Source: Armatimonadota bacterium
GTDB lineage: Bacteria > Sysuimicrobiota > Sysuimicrobiia > Sysuimicrobiales > Humicultoraceae
Length of the DNA stretch: 29,981 nucleotides
Direction: 5' to 3'
NCBI GenBank assembly: GCA_052386995.1
Contig: JBQTJP010000092.1
Span: forward strand, 1 to 29,981
Shown here: piece after piece, positions 28,075 to 29,981 of the stretch
Numbering within the stretch: position 1 is the stretch's first letter
How the letters are laid out: each line of letters opens with the position of its first letter
Notes under the pieces: model-generated
Databases searched by the model: none
What the model saw: only the letters and a program-made list of their open reading frames with translations
Told to the model about the DNA's origin: nothing
Position numbers and translations under genes: made by a program

Positions 28075-28605
28075 ATGCGCGTTCGGATTCCCAGTCCATC
28101 CCTGGTGACCCTCTGCGGCCCTGCCGGCAGCGGCAAGAGCACGTTTGCCGCGCGTCACTTTCAGCCTACGGCGGTCGTCTCATCCGACCGCTGCCGTGCG
28201 ATGCTGGGTGACGATGAGCGCAACCTGTCGGTCTCGCCCGAAGCCTTTGAGCTCTTCCATACGATTATTGACCGGCGTCTGCGGCTGCGCCGGCTCACGG
28301 TTGCCGACAGCACCGCGCTCCGGCCCGACGCCCGCCGGACGCTGTTGGAGATCGGGCGGCGCCATGCCGTCCCCGTCACCCTGGTCGTCTTCGACGTCTC
28401 CGAAGAGCGCTGCTACCTGCACGACACGCGCCGCGAGCGGCGCGTCGGCCGCAACGTGATCGTCCAGCACGTGCAGCAACTGCGAGACGCGCTGCGAACG
28501 ATTCCCCAGGAAGGATTTGACGCCGTCATCACGCTGGACGACACGCTGGCGCGCAGCACGTCGGTGGAGGTTGTGGAGCGCAGCCCCAGTGCCCGGACCG
28601 AGTGA
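28075..28605 (+). CDS. Stand-alone P-loop kinase resembling the N-terminal polynucleotide kinase module of bacterial Pnkp (AAA_33)
   Basis: IPSPSLVTLCGPAGSGKSTFAARHF, VVSSDRCR, RRLRLRRLTVADST, EGF. Confidence 0.85.
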   Translation: MRVRIPSPSLVTLCGPAGSGKSTFAARHFQPTAVVSSDRCRAMLGDDERNLSVSPEAFELFHTIIDRRLRLRRLTVADSTALRPDARRTLLEIGRRHAVPVTLVVFDVSEERCYLHDTRRERRVGRNVIVQHVQQLRDALRTIPQEGFDAVITLDDTLARSTSVEVVERSPSARTE

Positions 28606-29171
28606 GGATGACCCCAGAACATCGCCTCACCCGGACCATCAACGACAGTCTGCTGACGTTGGTCGTCGGCGACATCACCACTCACGACGTGGACGCCATC
28701 GTGAACGCGGCCAACAGCCGTCTGATTGGCGGCGGCGGGGTCGACGGGGCCATCAGGCGCGCCGGGGGCCCGGCCATCGAAGAGGAATGTGCCGCGATTC
28801 GTGCCGAACGCGGGGGATGCCCGACCGGATCGGCGGTCATCACCGGGGCCGGACGGCTGCCGGCGCGGTACGTTATTCACGCGGTCGGACCGATCTGGCA
28901 GGGAGGCGGGCAAGGCGAGGCCGAGTTGCTCGCCTCCACGTACCGCAGCAGCCTTGCGCTTGCGGCCGAGCGTGGCGCGCGCACGGTGGCGTTTCCGTCG
29001 ATCAGCACCGGGGTGTATGGGTATCCCGTGGACCAGGCCGCACGCGTTGCGGTGCGAAGCGTGGTGACTGCGCTGGCCACGATGCCATTCGATGAGGTCC
29101 GATTCGTGCTATTCTCCGCCGCCGACTTCGAGGCGTATGCGGCGGCGATGCGTGAACTCATCCCCGACTAG
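28602..29171 (+). CDS. Macrodomain protein (YmdB-like O-acetyl-ADP-ribose deacetylase / ADP-ribosylhydrolase)
   Basis: GDIT..VDAIVNAANSRLIGGGGVDGAI, VIHAVGP, AFPSISTGVYGYP; GTGA overlap with the kinase stop. Confidence 0.95.
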   Translation: MRMTPEHRLTRTINDSLLTLVVGDITTHDVDAIVNAANSRLIGGGGVDGAIRRAGGPAIEEECAAIRAERGGCPTGSAVITGAGRLPARYVIHAVGPIWQGGGQGEAELLASTYRSSLALAAERGARTVAFPSISTGVYGYPVDQAARVAVRSVVTALATMPFDEVRFVLFSAADFEAYAAAMRELIPD

Positions 29172-29225
29172 CGCGTCAGGAGGGCCGGCGCACCCGGCCG
29201 GGGAACAGTCCTGCAAACCGAGGGG

Positions 29226-29462
29226 GTGGGGGCTGTGGTGTCCGCCTACGTGCTGTGCAAGTCAAATCCCGGACAGGCCCGGAAGGCCGCGATCGCCCTT
29301 CGCAAGATCAAGGGGATGCGGCAGGTCCACGTGGTCACGGGTCCGTACGACATCATCTGCCTGGCCGAGGCCGGCGACATGGGCGCCTTGGGGGACACGG
29401 TGATCTCCAGGATCCAGCGGAGCTCAGGGGTTGCGGAGACGCTGACCTGCCTGGTCGTCTGA
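29226..29462 (+). CDS. Stand-alone Lrp/AsnC ligand-binding (RAM) domain protein; start may be 29235
   Basis: VSAYVL, VHVVTGPYDII, IQRSSGVAETLTC. Confidence 0.85.
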   Translation: MGAVVSAYVLCKSNPGQARKAAIALRKIKGMRQVHVVTGPYDIICLAEAGDMGALGDTVISRIQRSSGVAETLTCLVV

Positions 29463-29548
29463 GCCTGGATGCGTTTGAGGCCGAGACCGCGGCGCCGTGC
29501 CGGGTGAGGCGGAGGCGAAGGTTTGATGCCGAGGGTTGACACCGGGGG

Positions 29549-29576
29549 TTGACAATAGAAGGGGTGCTTCTATAAT
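29549..29576 (+). promoter_or_regulatory. Consensus sigma70 promoter upstream of 23S rRNA
   Basis: TTGACA(29549-54)-16 nt-TATAAT(29571-76); a 16-bp spacer is typical of rRNA promoters. Confidence 0.88.
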
Positions 29577-29662
29577 TAGCGTTGGCTTGGACACAGGGAG
29601 GGATTTGGTGCGGTCGCAGTCTAGCGGATAAAACGCATACGCTGTGCCCGATGAGCGTCCCG

Positions 29663-29691
29663 GAGGGGAGAAGGCTCATCCCCTCTTTTTT
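29663..29691 (+). terminator. Terminator-like hairpin within the 23S leader region
   Basis: GAGGGGA/TCCCCTC 7-bp stem, 9-nt loop, T6. Confidence 0.6.
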
Positions 29692-29779
29692 GTGCCCAGG
29701 CCCCGAGCGTATATTCTTCGTCTCACCCGGCGCTCGGCGAGATCGTCCTCAATGTTCCGGCCGGCGACCCCGGCGGGAT

Positions 29780-29815
29780 CCGTCGCACGAGCCGTGACGG
29801 GGAGCTCTTTGACAA
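29780..29815 (+). promoter_or_regulatory. rRNA antitermination boxB-like hairpin and boxA
   Basis: CCGTCGC/GTGACGG hairpin followed by AGCTCTTTGACAA (E. coli boxA TGCTCTTTAACA). Confidence 0.8.
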
Positions 29816-29911
29816 CTGCAGAGGGAAGAAGACATCCGCCCGCGGATCGAACGAATGATCGGCGGGATGGTGATGTGTTGCCAGGCTCTATACAGCTGCT
29901 CCTAGAGCGGG

Positions 29912-29981
<70 letters not shown>

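Noticed and set aside
29533..29554. Tandem GGGTTGACA repeat (second -35-like hexamer at 29536)
   Set aside because: The upstream copy has no properly spaced -10; it could be a regulator site but nothing supports that
29646..29680. Hammerhead ribozyme suggested by CCGATGAG
   Set aside because: The core should be CTGATGA with a downstream GAAA after stem II; both are missing
397..29911. tRNA genes, 5S rRNA, CRISPR array, IS elements
   Set aside because: No cloverleaf/T-loop pattern, regularly spaced repeats or transposase motifs recognised by eye; tRNAscan-SE and CRISPR/IS finders would confirm

Overview
High-GC bacterial chromosome segment. The GAAC-N4-GTTC LexA box points to a Terrabacteria lineage; finer taxonomy cannot be fixed from this window. 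It runs from the 3' end of a 16S rRNA gene (1-396) to the 5' end of a 23S rRNA gene (~29912 onward). The two rRNA genes are unlinked: ~29.5 kb apart, with a terminator after 16S, a separate promoter and boxA before 23S, and no spacer tRNAs. The 16S gene carries a 228-nt ORF-less group I intron after U1498 (E. coli numbering). Just past the 16S terminator lie a frameshifted double-motif LAGLIDADG endonuclease relic and a second, degenerate group I intron core, together suggesting a decayed endonuclease-bearing intron outside the rRNA gene. Next is a ~14 kb mosaic of small stress/detoxification genes, gene fragments and fusions: RraA-like, ICL/PEP mutase with a duplicated 3' end, META-YbaY, cyclophilin-GrpB, five VOC proteins, YciI, YceI, GNAT, a WYL regulator, a NADAR-like relic, a methyltransferase, a PPOX protein and a dienelactone hydrolase. 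Then come a LexA-boxed imuA-imuB-dnaE2 cassette whose DnaE2 holds a 372-aa LAGLIDADG intein, msrB/msrA, and a stand-alone Pnkp-type kinase coupled to a macrodomain gene shortly before the 23S promoter. All calls come from motif recognition by eye; no searches were run.
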